A stretch of DNA of 62,990 bases, filler included, from Rhabdomonas costata (lineage: Eukaryota), in assembly GCA_019059605.1 (NCBI GenBank). It is 23 parts of 23 records of this genome, joined end to end, with 100 filler letters (N's around TTAATTAATTAA, not from the genome) between each part and the next. Parts side by side here need not be neighbours in the genome. Positions count along the whole stretch, not along the records: positions 1 to 2,646 come from JAHMHO010002506.1; positions 2,747 to 5,390 come from JAHMHO010002507.1; positions 5,491 to 8,134 come from JAHMHO010002508.1; positions 8,235 to 10,878 come from JAHMHO010002509.1; 19 more parts are not named here. The stretch is one strand, 5' to 3'. Within the stretch, counting starts at the first letter, position 1; each line of letters starts with the position of its first letter. The position numbers were made by a program, and so were the translations under genes. Of the stretch, positions 1-10,057 are shown one piece after another. A model generated the notes under the pieces. That model did not search any database. It was not told the DNA's origin and saw only the letters and a program-made list of their open reading frames with translations.

Positions 1-241
1 TTGCCTCCCCCGGAGTTGACCAGTTGAATAGAAGGGAAGCCTCGGTTGTCGACAATTGTGTTTACTTGGATGGAAAACCGACGGGAGCTTGCCCGCTATT
101 TTTGGTTGTGTGAGCCAAACTTTGACTTTCATTTGTTCAATTGATTTGTCGACTGTCGATTCATCTTTCATTTTTTTCTTGCTATAGCGACGCTGCCGCT
201 CTTGCAGCGCTTACGCTTGCCTTTCTCTTCAATCTAAATAG

Positions 242-2376
242 GCTGAGATGGTAGACGTTGCCTCCTACGTTGATGGGTCGGACCCAGTGAGCGGTGGCGC
301 TGGGATTGGGGTGTGCCCATGTTGTGGGCGTACCTTGGCCCCCCTTCAACTGAACCAGAGCGAGCGGGCGCTCTTGCTGCAAGCCATTGAAGCCGGAAGT
401 GAGGTTCCCCGGAAACGAGGAGGAGGGACCGAAGAGCACCCAAAGGTTGTCTTGACCTTGACCCCCCCCCAGAAAAGGCTGAATTATGCTGAATTCCCAA
501 AACTAAAACCGGTGCAACTCATTTGGAAAATTTTTTGAGGGGGGTGGGGAAGGGCAGGATTGATTGAATTCTTGTGCGTTTTTCACCCAAATGCTTGAGT
601 GCGGCCTTTGGCCGTGGTACTTTGATGACGTAGGTGCGCCGAATAGCGAGAGAAGAGGAGGGAGAAGGTGCCGGAAAGAAGCGGTTTAATAAGAAATGAG
701 CATATTTGACACGTTCATTTTGGGATGGGGTTGGTGAGGTTGATTTCAGTGAGTGGGTGTATTGGATGGTGATCTGCCCAGGATAATTCGAGTGGTTGAC
801 GGTTAGCGTGGCACAAGGTCTACATGCGCTTGTTGGTTCGCATGTCCAGAATGAGATAAAGAAGTTTGCTGGCTGCAGCAAGCGACAGTCTTTCCGGTGG
901 CGTCCAAAAGCACGGACTGCCGGACATCCACCGACTCGGAGAGGTCAACTCTAGCTGTGTGTGGTAGCTGAGGGTTTGGGCAGGCCTCAGGGATGGCGCT
1001 GGGGTCTTCCTCCATGTTGGCGGCCATGGGTGGAATGCCACAACCATCTTTAGATTTTTCCCAACTCAGCCTTTTCCCCACAGGGTTTCAACACTCACCT
1101 GGGGTTATTGTTCACAACTGCATCAGACATCATCAGGTAGACCGCGTCCGGTAGAATCTTGTCTTTTTTCCAATTGTGGTTGCCCCCTCCCATTCATTTT
1201 GTTCTGCCTCTCTGACCTTTCTTATTTTTTCATCGCGTATTTCTGATGTGACAGGCTCCTCACGTCGGGGTTCGATACGACACCATTGACAAGGTGCGTC
1301 TCTTTCCTGCGACATCTTGAGTGAGATTTGAACGATATGCTAATGAAATTTTGCTGTACAAAATATGTCAGCAAAAATTCCCATGGACCAATATTGCTTT
1401 CCCGAGGAAGTACTGGTTTTTTGTTTGCTGTGCCTTGGCAAGCGATTGGCAGCAGCATCACTTGGACGTTGCGTCGTGATGTAATAGCACCAGCTTTCTT
1501 AGATTTCGAAATTCTTTTTGCAGTTGGGATTTGGATGCTCTTCAGGTAGTGCAGCACTTTCAGGCCCAGGGCCGCACAGTGCTCGTGATATTGCATGAGC
1601 GGCATCTTCGGCCAGAGCGGATTCCCGCCTCAGCGCAGCACATTGTGAAGAGATGGCAGGAACAGGGCACGCTCTACGCGACCCCTTATGGGCACAACGA
1701 TGATCAATTCTGGATGTATGCCGCGATCTACAGCTCCGCCCTGCGGTGTGTACGGCTTCATTTCCATTGTCCCTCTCCTAATCAGCATGGTCTTCTGGAA
1801 GGCTTTTGGGGATTTTCTGACAAAACATTCGTCGATGAAAGGGGAACAGGAAAATATGAGAACAGGAAGGGAATATTTCCCGACGCTTCCGAGCAAATGG
1901 ATTTGTGTGATACATTGTGTGTGTTTGTTTGTGTGTGACAGGTCTTTCTCAGCCATCATCTTGTTTGCACGACTGCTCAAGACTCCGAATTTCTGGTAAC
2001 AACCGGACACCTGGTGACCTACGTTTCACAGGGAAAGAGCTAGAGGTTGGGATGGGACCAAAGTTGCCTTAAACTTCAGATGGAGAGCTGGAACCGATGA
2101 CAAGGCAGGCCCAAGTGCTGTGGACGGCAGTCAGGGGAACGGATTCAGAGGACGGTGGAGCGAGTGATCGAAAGAGCAATGCATGCAAGGGTGGACCAAG
2201 GCAAGGCAAGACAAGAAACACCCAGCAGCGGGAATTGCCACTGGGAAGTGGGAGGTACTGCTCCTTGGTCTTGCTCTTTTTTTTTCTTCAGGAGCCCCGG
2301 CTGGCTTATATCCAACGACCAGATGAGAGACCACATTCTGCAGATGCAGTTACCGCAACCCTTTCAGAAATGGAAG
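242..2376 (+). CDS. PRORP: Protein-only RNase P (PRORP)-like protein; partial, spliced (Zn-binding segment + NYN nuclease domain)
   Basis: Exon ~242-398 GVCPCCGRTLAPLQLNQSE (CxxC). Probable exon 1255-1293 APHVGVRYDTIDK. Exon 1546-1745 VVQHF...LYATPYGHNDDQFWMYAAI. Exon 2292-2376 SPGWLISNDQMRDH...FQKWK. The junctions 1293/1546 and 1745/2292 are GT-AG and in frame. TPxGxNDDxxWxYAA and NDxMRDH are PRORP NYN motifs. The exon with the DGxNV motif was not located. Confidence 0.85.
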
Positions 2377-2646
2377 GTCTGCGTGTGGGTCTGCACGCAC
2401 AAATTCGTGGTGGAAGTTTATTGGACATGATTGTTGCTCACTGTTGCACCCCGAACAGCCCAGACAGCAGGGCCAAGAAATTCCCTTGCTGGTCTGGAAA
2501 ACCTGTTGTTCAAGGTGAGGTGCAGATTGCATCCAGAACAAGCATGGGTCCAGCCCATTCTGTTTATGTTATGATATCTTTTCCAAGTTCTCCTGCTGTT
2601 CTCCGGCTAGAAGAGCCTGGCTTGGAAGGAGGAAGGCCACCAAAAC

Positions 2647-2746
2647 NNNNNNNNNNNNNNNNNNNNNNNNNNNNNNNNNNNNNNNNNNNNTTAATTAATT
2701 AANNNNNNNNNNNNNNNNNNNNNNNNNNNNNNNNNNNNNNNNNNNN
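2647..2746. other. Artificial contig linker N44-TTAATTAATTAA-N44 (stops in all six frames); first of 22
   Basis: Identical 100-bp linkers at 2647-2746, 5391-5490, 8135-8234, 10879-10978, 13624-13723, 16367-16466, 19110-19209, 21852-21951, 24595-24694, 27337-27436, 30077-30176, 32818-32917, 35559-35658, 38299-38398, 41078-41177, 43813-43912, 46555-46654, 49295-49394, 52035-52134, 54775-54874, 57514-57613, 60253-60352. They define 23 contigs of 2635-2679 bp. Confidence 0.99.
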
Positions 2747-4208
2747 TCACTGGCATCGCTCTACTGTAATCACAGGTGACACGTGCATTGCACTCTAACC
2801 ACTACAAATCTATTACTAGAATCCAATGGGACACGTTGATTGCCATCTTACCCACTAAATCCGTCTAATTCCCAAAGCCTCATTTCGCTGCGCGGCGGCT
2901 CAAAAGCAGGACAAGTGTAACAGCCATTATGCCTGTGGTACGATAATGGACTTGGGCCCAATAAAATCATGATAATCAAAGTGGTCAATCTATAGAGGAG
3001 ATTCTAGGCATGCTAGCTCAGGTGATATCACAGGAAGTAGGAGTGTATGTGGACGGCACACTTGCATAGTGTAGTGCAGGCAGTAAAATCGGAAACATAT
3101 GCTCAAGAAAATAGAGCGCATCATGCTGTGTCATTGAAACAATCAGATCACTGATTTTGCGCTTTTGATGCACTGTTTGTTCTAAACTGGAGTATCCACA
3201 GATTTATGCGAAAATGCAGTAAGTCTTTACCACTGTATTTAATTGAATATAGACTGCAGTATACATGGTACGTGTATGAGCGCAGGAGACAAACACGCAC
3301 GTGCGAATCTGCAAACTTGATACAGCAACGCCTTCATGCCTGAAGTGCAGAGTATGAATAAATATATTCAATTGCTGGCTGATGGTCTCGTTGGTATGAC
3401 ATCCAAACCATTTTTACCAGCGGCTACAGAACTATAGCAATTATATGTTTGAGCCAAGGATAACCTATCTCGCCATACTTATTTGCTCCTGCATCAATAC
3501 AGTTATAAAAATATTCTTCTGCATCTGTTACCAACCATTCCAACCACGGTAAAGACACTGTTCATGATCTTTGAGCGAAATGCAAAAAAACGCGCAGTTT
3601 GCTCCACGCAGCAAGCCACTAACATTTTCTGTACAAATACTGACAACTACGGATTACAACAATTGCAAAAGCAGTAACTGCTAACATTTGTGAAAAAGGT
3701 GAGTAGTACCACATGTGGGACATTACGAGCGTAGTGGGCTCATCTGGACGTGCCGGAGGCCATCTTTATATTCCCATTACCAGTATACTAGTATCACATT
3801 AACATACACACAGGTGTAAACACTCACGCAACCTAAGGTTTCTGTGTCTCTGTATTTGTGTATCATCTAGTGTGTTCTACATCGGCGATTTCTAGTTTCA
3901 GATTAGTACCACAATTGTGTTCAATGGCTACATCTCACGAAGCATGGGTCGCGCAGTAGATCCATGCGTAGTATAGTGCATTTGCAATAGAGATGGTTAT
4001 TATGTATCTACCACTTGCAGACCTTGGTAGCATTCTAGTCACTTCACCACTTCATGCATTTTATCATCACATCACAATATTCACCTCACCGCGTCAAATT
4101 TTCGTGTGGGTTTTTCGTTGAGGTTTTTGCATTAAGGCTTGTGGATGCTGTTTATCGGGTGTTTATTGGTGTTAATGCATTTGGTGACCTGGTGGTTTGG
4201 AATTTTGC

Positions 4209-5381
4209 GCGGGTGTTTAGAAGTGAGTTTGGAATTTTCGGTGTCTTTGTCGGTTTGTGTGTTTGTGTTTTTTACTGTCTATGGTGTTGTGGGTTGTGCT
4301 GTGGGTTACGGGTCTGGTGATATTCTGATTAGAGTTGGTAATTTGGTGCCGGGGTTCGGTATTTGGAGCCAGGGCTCGGAATTCGAGGTTTAAGTCTAGG
4401 GTCATGGGTTCAGGTGTCGGTGTCTGTTTTTTGGGTTACATCTTTGCGTTGGTCTGGAGTCTTGTTGTGTAGTGCGGTTCTATTGGCTTGTGTTCTTGAT
4501 ACCCATGGTTGCATTTTCTAGCTGCACAAGTTTCAGATTCCTGGTTCTGTATCTTCTGATGTTCGCTTGGTCTTTGTGTGCGGGTGTGGTTTTGTGCCGT
4601 GCCGTGGGTTTGGTAGCTGATTTGGTTCTGATGTTAGGGTTGCGTGGTGAGGTGAGCGGTGGTGCCTTGAGTTGATGTGGGCGTTGACGGTACAAGTGGT
4701 TCCATGTGTGAGGTGGTGTTTTTTGGTTGGGAGCGCTTTGGCATGGTGTTTAATCACCGCGGCTGTATTTTGAACTGGAGGGTTGGTGCTGGTGTCGGTC
4801 AGCTACCGTGATATCTCCGTCTTCCGTTGTCGTTGTTGGGTGGGTCCATGTAAGTATTCAGTGTCAGGGTTGAGTGGTTAGCATTCGAGTTGGAGGTGGG
4901 TCAGGTGTTGGGTGTGGGAAGTTGGGGTGTCTGGTGATGGGTGACTGGTACTGTGGGTTGGTGTTCTTTAATCCGTTGTGCTTCCGTATTTCTTTGCTAC
5001 GTGTGTGTCGCCTTCAAGTTGTGAGGTTGCTTTTGTGGTGCTGGGGCGGCTTTGCGTAGGTTTCGTGGGGTTGTGGTAGGGTCTTTGGTTCGGTGTCGGT
5101 CTCTGCGTTTGTGGCAATGGGATTGTCTTGCAGTGGCTTTCTGGTGTTGGGGTTGTTACTGGTATCATTAGCTACTTATATTGCTGCTACTGTTCGTTTT
5201 TTGCATGAGTCTGTGATGATTTTGTTTCCTGTTGTGTCATTGTGGTTTGGTGCAGGTATGAGTGCGGTGCTGGTAGTGACTTCCGGGTTTCCGGTTTCAA
5301 GTGCTTTGCCTTCTGACGATTACACAAACACACAAACCGACAAAGACACCGAAAATTCCAAACTCACTTCTAAACACCCGC
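4209..5381. repeat. Perfect 60-bp inverted repeat (4209-4268 / 5322-5381) enclosing G/T-rich sequence; right arm at contig end
   Basis: GCGGGTGTTTAGAAGTGAGTTTGGAATTTTCGGTGTCTTTGTCGGTTTGTGTGTTTGTGT and its exact reverse complement. Confidence 0.9.
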
Positions 5382-5546
5382 ACAAAACCANNNNNNNNNN
5401 NNNNNNNNNNNNNNNNNNNNNNNNNNNNNNNNNNTTAATTAATTAANNNNNNNNNNNNNNNNNNNNNNNNNNNNNNNNNNNNNNNNNNNNGTTGTTCTGC
5501 TGGACAAGGCGACAAACCCGATCACATAGCAACTCCTCCCACCCAC

Positions 5547-6410
5547 CTACACTCCCTCCCAAAAATCCAACAAAAAAGAGAACCACAAACCACAAAGAGA
5601 GAACCTCTCCACATGGAAGGAGGCCGTTGTGAAGAAGCACGCCACCACAATGGCCCCGCTGTACACCACAAGGGAAGCGAGCTTCATCACCAGAGACTTC
5701 CACGCAGTGCGATCAACTACCCGGGCAAGGGGAAGAGGGGTTTGCTCACCTGCGACATCAACCACAACTTTTGCAATCGCTGCCCAGATTGCCACCCCTG
5801 CAAGGTATACAACCGCATGGCCATCTGCGTCATCGCTGCCACAGCGCTGCCTATCCAGCAGCAGCAAGGCAAGAGGCCACGACAGCAGCGAGATTGCGGC
5901 CCAGCCCCGAATCAAAGCGGGACCGCACCCTCGGGTCCACCACACCCACCGAGACCGTTGACCAAGAAGGACCGACCACGCAAGGGCGAGGCCATCAACG
6001 AAGGACAGCCCAATTCCCACAGCAGGGGGAGAAATCCTGGGAAATGCATCGTCCCTGCGGAGGAGGTAGGAGACAGAGACTGCTACGCAGATCAGAAGGT
6101 GAGCCAAAAGAGCAAAGCAGGCAGGCGTGAACCAAGTGCGACCACCTTCCAGACGAGCAGGGGGCAGCACAGGGGACAGGTTGGATCCCGTGGGGCTGCC
6201 GCGGAGCTCGGTCATCCCACTGAGCTCCAGGCCGCAGTCCACACATCTCAGTGATACAGAGAGGGACGACGGGACATGGGCCACAGTGTCAGGGAGCATG
6301 CTGGGGTAGGGCCGAAGGCGGCGGCGCTTGCCTACGATCCAGGCCCGTACCCACCATACAGCCTCCACCACGGCACACCCCGCAACGATAGCAAGCGTTG
6401 CGAGCAGCAT
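5547..6410 (-). CDS. Multi-pass membrane protein of unknown function (5' part; exon limits uncertain)
   Basis: Part of a 333-codon open frame with several hydrophobic segments (LLATLAIVAGCAVV, FALLAHLLICVAVSV, AAISLLSWPLALLLL, VVYLAGVAIWAAIA). The ATG at 6410 is preceded by a pyrimidine tract and AG. Confidence 0.55.
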   Translation of the reverse strand: MLLATLAIVAGCAVVEAVWWVRAWIVGKRRRLRPYPSMLPDTVAHVPSSLSVSLRCVDCGLELSGMTELRGSPTGSNLSPVLPPARLEGGRTWFTPACFALLAHLLICVAVSVSYLLRRDDAFPRISPPAVGIGLSFVDGLALAWSVLLGQRSRWVWWTRGCGPALIRGWAAISLLSWPLALLLLDRQRCGSDDADGHAVVYLAGVAIWAAIAKVVVDVAGEQTPLPLARVVDRTAWKSLVMKLASLVVYSGAIVVACFFTTASFHVERFSLCGLWFSFLLDFWEGV

Positions 6411-7879
6411 ATCCTCCAAATGTTCGAAGGAAAAAAGAGAAAACGATAACCCAGAAGCAAAACGCACAAAAGGAAAGTTGACCTCACTCGAGTGAGATCG
6501 AAAGGAGGTGCATGGTGAAAAATAAAGTGGGAAAAACCACAAAAACACAGTAAACGCGGAAACAACAGCACGTATGGACTGATAAGCGAAGGGTGATAAC
6601 AGCCGTTTGAAACGGAATGCGCCCCAAATACAGCGGCATCACAGTGAAAAAATGCAGCCATTCTCGGTTGAAAGCGGGAATAGCAAACAGATGTCATATT
6701 CAATGGAATGCTCATGCTGATGTTATGGCAGTTGTTATGGCAGCTCCCTCCATAGTTTTTGAGATTAGGGCAGCCATGCCCCGTCAGGCTCACGAAACAA
6801 CGGGGATAAACTTTATACTAGAGGAAGAATTACTGACCGAAGGATGCCAGGAGAAATCTCAACCGAAAAAACGTACACGAATCAATTGTAAGACTTCAGA
6901 ACCGCAGGAGGACGAAACTCTTCAGCCAAGTTGTGTTTGTAGGGCAGACAATTTCCTTTCATGCCAATCCACAAGTTTTTCTGTGGGCGCATAATACGTC
7001 TCAATGATTCAATGATGTTCTTTTGCGGACACTTGTTGGTTTGTTGAAAACCATCCTACCCATTTCATTCTTCTCATAGGTTAACCGAAAACCCCCCTCA
7101 CTGCGCCGCACGCTGAACGCTGAACGTCGATCAACATAAACATGAGACTCACAGTTTGACAAGCACAAAGCACACGAGGGAAAGTGGTATTCACATACAT
7201 TTAAAGACTTCACGGGGAAAGGCATGCAGACCAAACACGCAGAAATGGCTTTCATAAAAGGGGCCGCATCCGCTAGAACTTCACATTCCCAACATTTCTT
7301 CCCCTAGAAATTTGCGCAGCAGTTTCCACGCAAACGTCAGACGCAGGGTTAAGCAAAGAAGATGCAAGCAGTGGCGAGAACAGAGAGGATGCTGAGCGGG
7401 ATTCTTAGCGCTCGCCATGAAGAGGAGGAAGGCCGCGCCGTGCACCCACAGGAAAGGTCACCGCTGTGTGGAAAAAAGAAACCCAGATTAACACAGCCAC
7501 AGGCAGTGGGAAGCTCACAAGTGTGGAATCCGACAAGAAAAAAAAGAAGGACGAGCGAGAGGAGCATATGGAGTTGGGCAGCGTAAGGGGTGCATTTTTA
7601 TATCGAAGGCCCTAGCAAAAACAGCCACCCCATCATACCCTGGCATAATGTTAGTGGCAGTATGCAATCTGCAATTTTCAAGCCAGGGTGAAAAATGAAG
7701 CAGTTATCTCGGACACGAGCCCCCGAACGAGCGCAGGAATTCCCCCTTTCAATCATGCGATGTGAGGTAATTATAAGGGTGAGCATTTCGTGCCGCCTCC
7801 AGTAGTTGGTGGCGGCACGCAATGTATATAGTACATAGTGACATTGCACTTGGGTTTGCGCAAGCAAGGCTGGTGCGCG

Positions 7880-8115
7880 TGTCGCGGTGAACGTTGCTGA
7901 CCTCGGGGATCAGGCTCGTCTGAGGCGTAGCCGTAGCCCGTGGCGCGGGGCCTGGAGCCGGGCGGCGCAACGGGGGGAAGGGTGGAGGACCCCATGGCGG
8001 TGGCGTAGGCAGGGGACATTCCAGCGGGCAGAGCGGTAACAGGGGCGGCAGGGCTCATGGACATGGGCTTCGGGGACGGCCCGCGGCCTCGAGCTCGACC
8101 CTGCCGAGCCTTTCC
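7880..8115 (-). CDS. GC-rich Pro/Ala/Ser-rich exon of an unidentified gene
   Basis: GC-rich coding-like stretch KARQGRARGRGPSPKPMSMSPAAPVTALPAG...GYGYASDEPD following a CAG acceptor; limits approximate. Confidence 0.4.
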
Positions 8116-9437
8116 TGGAAGCAAAACACAAACCNNNNNNNNNNNNNNNNNNNNNNNNNNNNNNNNNNNNNNNNNNNNTTAATTAATTAANNNNNNNNNN
8201 NNNNNNNNNNNNNNNNNNNNNNNNNNNNNNNNNNCCATATTGATTGGGGAGGAGATAGGTTTCAGACTGGAAGGCTGGCTTTTTGTCAGGCACTCTGATG
8301 CTGAAGCTGATGCAAGCTGCAGTCGCAGCGTGTCTCATGTTCTCATCTATTTGGGGGAACTGTTCTCGTTGTTCGAATTGATAATGCACGCGGAGAGAAA
8401 TTTCAGGGGACACCGCAGCCTACGGCAAGCAATATCAGGAGAGCCAGCCAGCAGTCACTCTCTTACCCCTAGATACCCCTCAGCATGGGTTGGGTGGAGG
8501 GATGGGTAGGAAGATGACCATCACGGAGTAGATATTCTGGCTGTTTCGCGCTAGCGAGCATGACGTAGGCATGCGAGCCTAGTAAACAAAGGAGGAACGA
8601 AGTGACGACGATTCTCGGGGGCCCCAAAACACCAATATCAGTGTCCCTACCATTCTTTCATAACTCAGTAGGGGTAGTAGCGGCGGTTTTTAGAATTCGC
8701 ATTTTCTACTTTTTTTTCTGTCTCCCGAGGCTCTCATTTCTAACTCTCTACGAAATCGTATCCTGATACGGAGTAGAGCCGGTGTTTTTTCAAAAAGAGG
8801 GAAAAAAAACACGCATTTTTGGGCCTTTTTTACGCATTTTTTTTTACACAAGGGGATATTTTACACCAACCACTCTGTATCAAACACAGAAATCATGCCA
8901 TTTAGTGGTTCAGAGGTGCATTGTATCCTGGGGTGGGTATTTAGCAGGGGTCAGTGAGTAAGTGGAGTAGAGCCTACGTAATGACAAAATACGCATTCTT
9001 AGAGATGTAAAGATTGTGATACCTGGTGGTAAGTGTGAATTTTGGTGATTTCTTGCGTTTTTTACCCCGGGGAATTTTTTCTTGCAACTTTTTTTTCGCG
9101 TGGGTATTTTTGTTTCTGTCTCCGTTTCGTGCTTGCTGTGTTCCTAGGCCTTCTTATAGTGGTTCCTGTGCTTAGCGTGTTTCGGGGTTCGGGGTTGAAT
9201 TGTTCGCTTGGGTATTTGGGGATTGGATTTTGCATTCGGGTTCGGGTTCTGCCTTCGTTTCTATGGGCCTTTGTGTATTCGGGGTTACAGCTATGCTTGG
9301 TGTGGGTGTGGATGGGTGCAGTTTTCCAGTGGGTGCATGTGGGTTTCTACGGGAACGTGGATTAGTGTTCACGTGGGCGGAGTTGGGTTCGAGCAGTGGG
9401 TGGGTGTGTGGATTGGCGGGGCGGTGGGGTGGACGAC

Positions 9438-10057
9438 CTCAATGCTGTCGCTGGTGTGGTCGGCGGTGGTGAAGTAAGCCCTGGTGGGGTGGGTCCCAGC
9501 AGGGGGGTCCCCGTGCTGCCGCCTGCGCTCCAGGATCTCAATTACTCGGCCTAGCTTGACACGAGGCAGGTTGTTGATAGCTGCGAAGCGACCCCAAACC
9601 AACGAGCCGCAGAGCGGAAGGCGGGCGAATAAAAAGAGAAGGCACCAACCCCCCCATTTCCCACTCTTTTCCACTGCTCTCTCCGACCCTGCGACCCCTC
9701 ACCACAGGGCGAGCGCAAAAATATTGCTAAGGACCTTTTTCATCGCAGTGAGGTGAAATGAAAATTCCCTCTTTGAGCTGACTCCGAAGCGCGCTCTCCA
9801 GCAGCATGAAGCTACATACTCCTATCGAGGCACACCACCAAATTTCACATGTCCTCAAGCCTATGACGCACAACCGCACCCACGCTGAGCTTGCGCTTTT
9901 CGTCGAAGGTCAGGGGCTGGCTCATTAGGGTGGCCCAGACTCCCCCACCGACATCGCCCATGTCGTGGCCCATGGCGTGGCGCACCCGGCTGAGCTGCTC
10001 GTCGTGGTGCCGGTCCGAGAGGAAGTCCATGAAGCTCATGGTGCGGCCAAGGAAGGC
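9438..10057 (-). CDS. Extra-terminal (ET/NET) domain protein, BET/bromodomain-factor-like; two exons
   Basis: Exons 10057-9880 and 9580-~9438 join in frame across a GT-AG intron to give QPLTFDEKRKLSVAINNLPRVKLGRVIEIL...SDSIE, matching the ET consensus PMTxxEKRxLSxxINxLPxxKLGRVxxII. Confidence 0.8.

Noticed and set aside
2691..2702. Regularly spaced TTAATTAATTAA palindromes as a biological repeat or array
   Set aside because: Always centred in exactly 44+44 Ns; this is a six-frame-stop concatenation linker.
3060..3710. Long minus-strand frame with several TGA codons suggesting TGA=Trp recoding
   Set aside because: The same frame has two TAG stops, no recognisable protein emerges, and TGA is the real stop of the small Tim and methyltransferase genes.
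4054..5446. Val/Gly/Cys-rich (+) and Thr/Pro/His-rich (-) ORFs
   Set aside because: By-products of the G/T compositional skew; no domain motifs.
5613..6254. 213-aa plus-strand ORF and many similar overlapping ORFs in the track
   Set aside because: Antisense or off-frame shadows of GC-rich coding exons.
8520..9000. Recurring GGAGTAGA and CGCATTTT words as a transposon end
   Set aside because: Short, irregularly spaced, and no partner TIR or TSD is visible.
9181..9250. TTCGGG(G) units as a telomere
   Set aside because: Few, degenerate and internal; there is no TTAGGG array.
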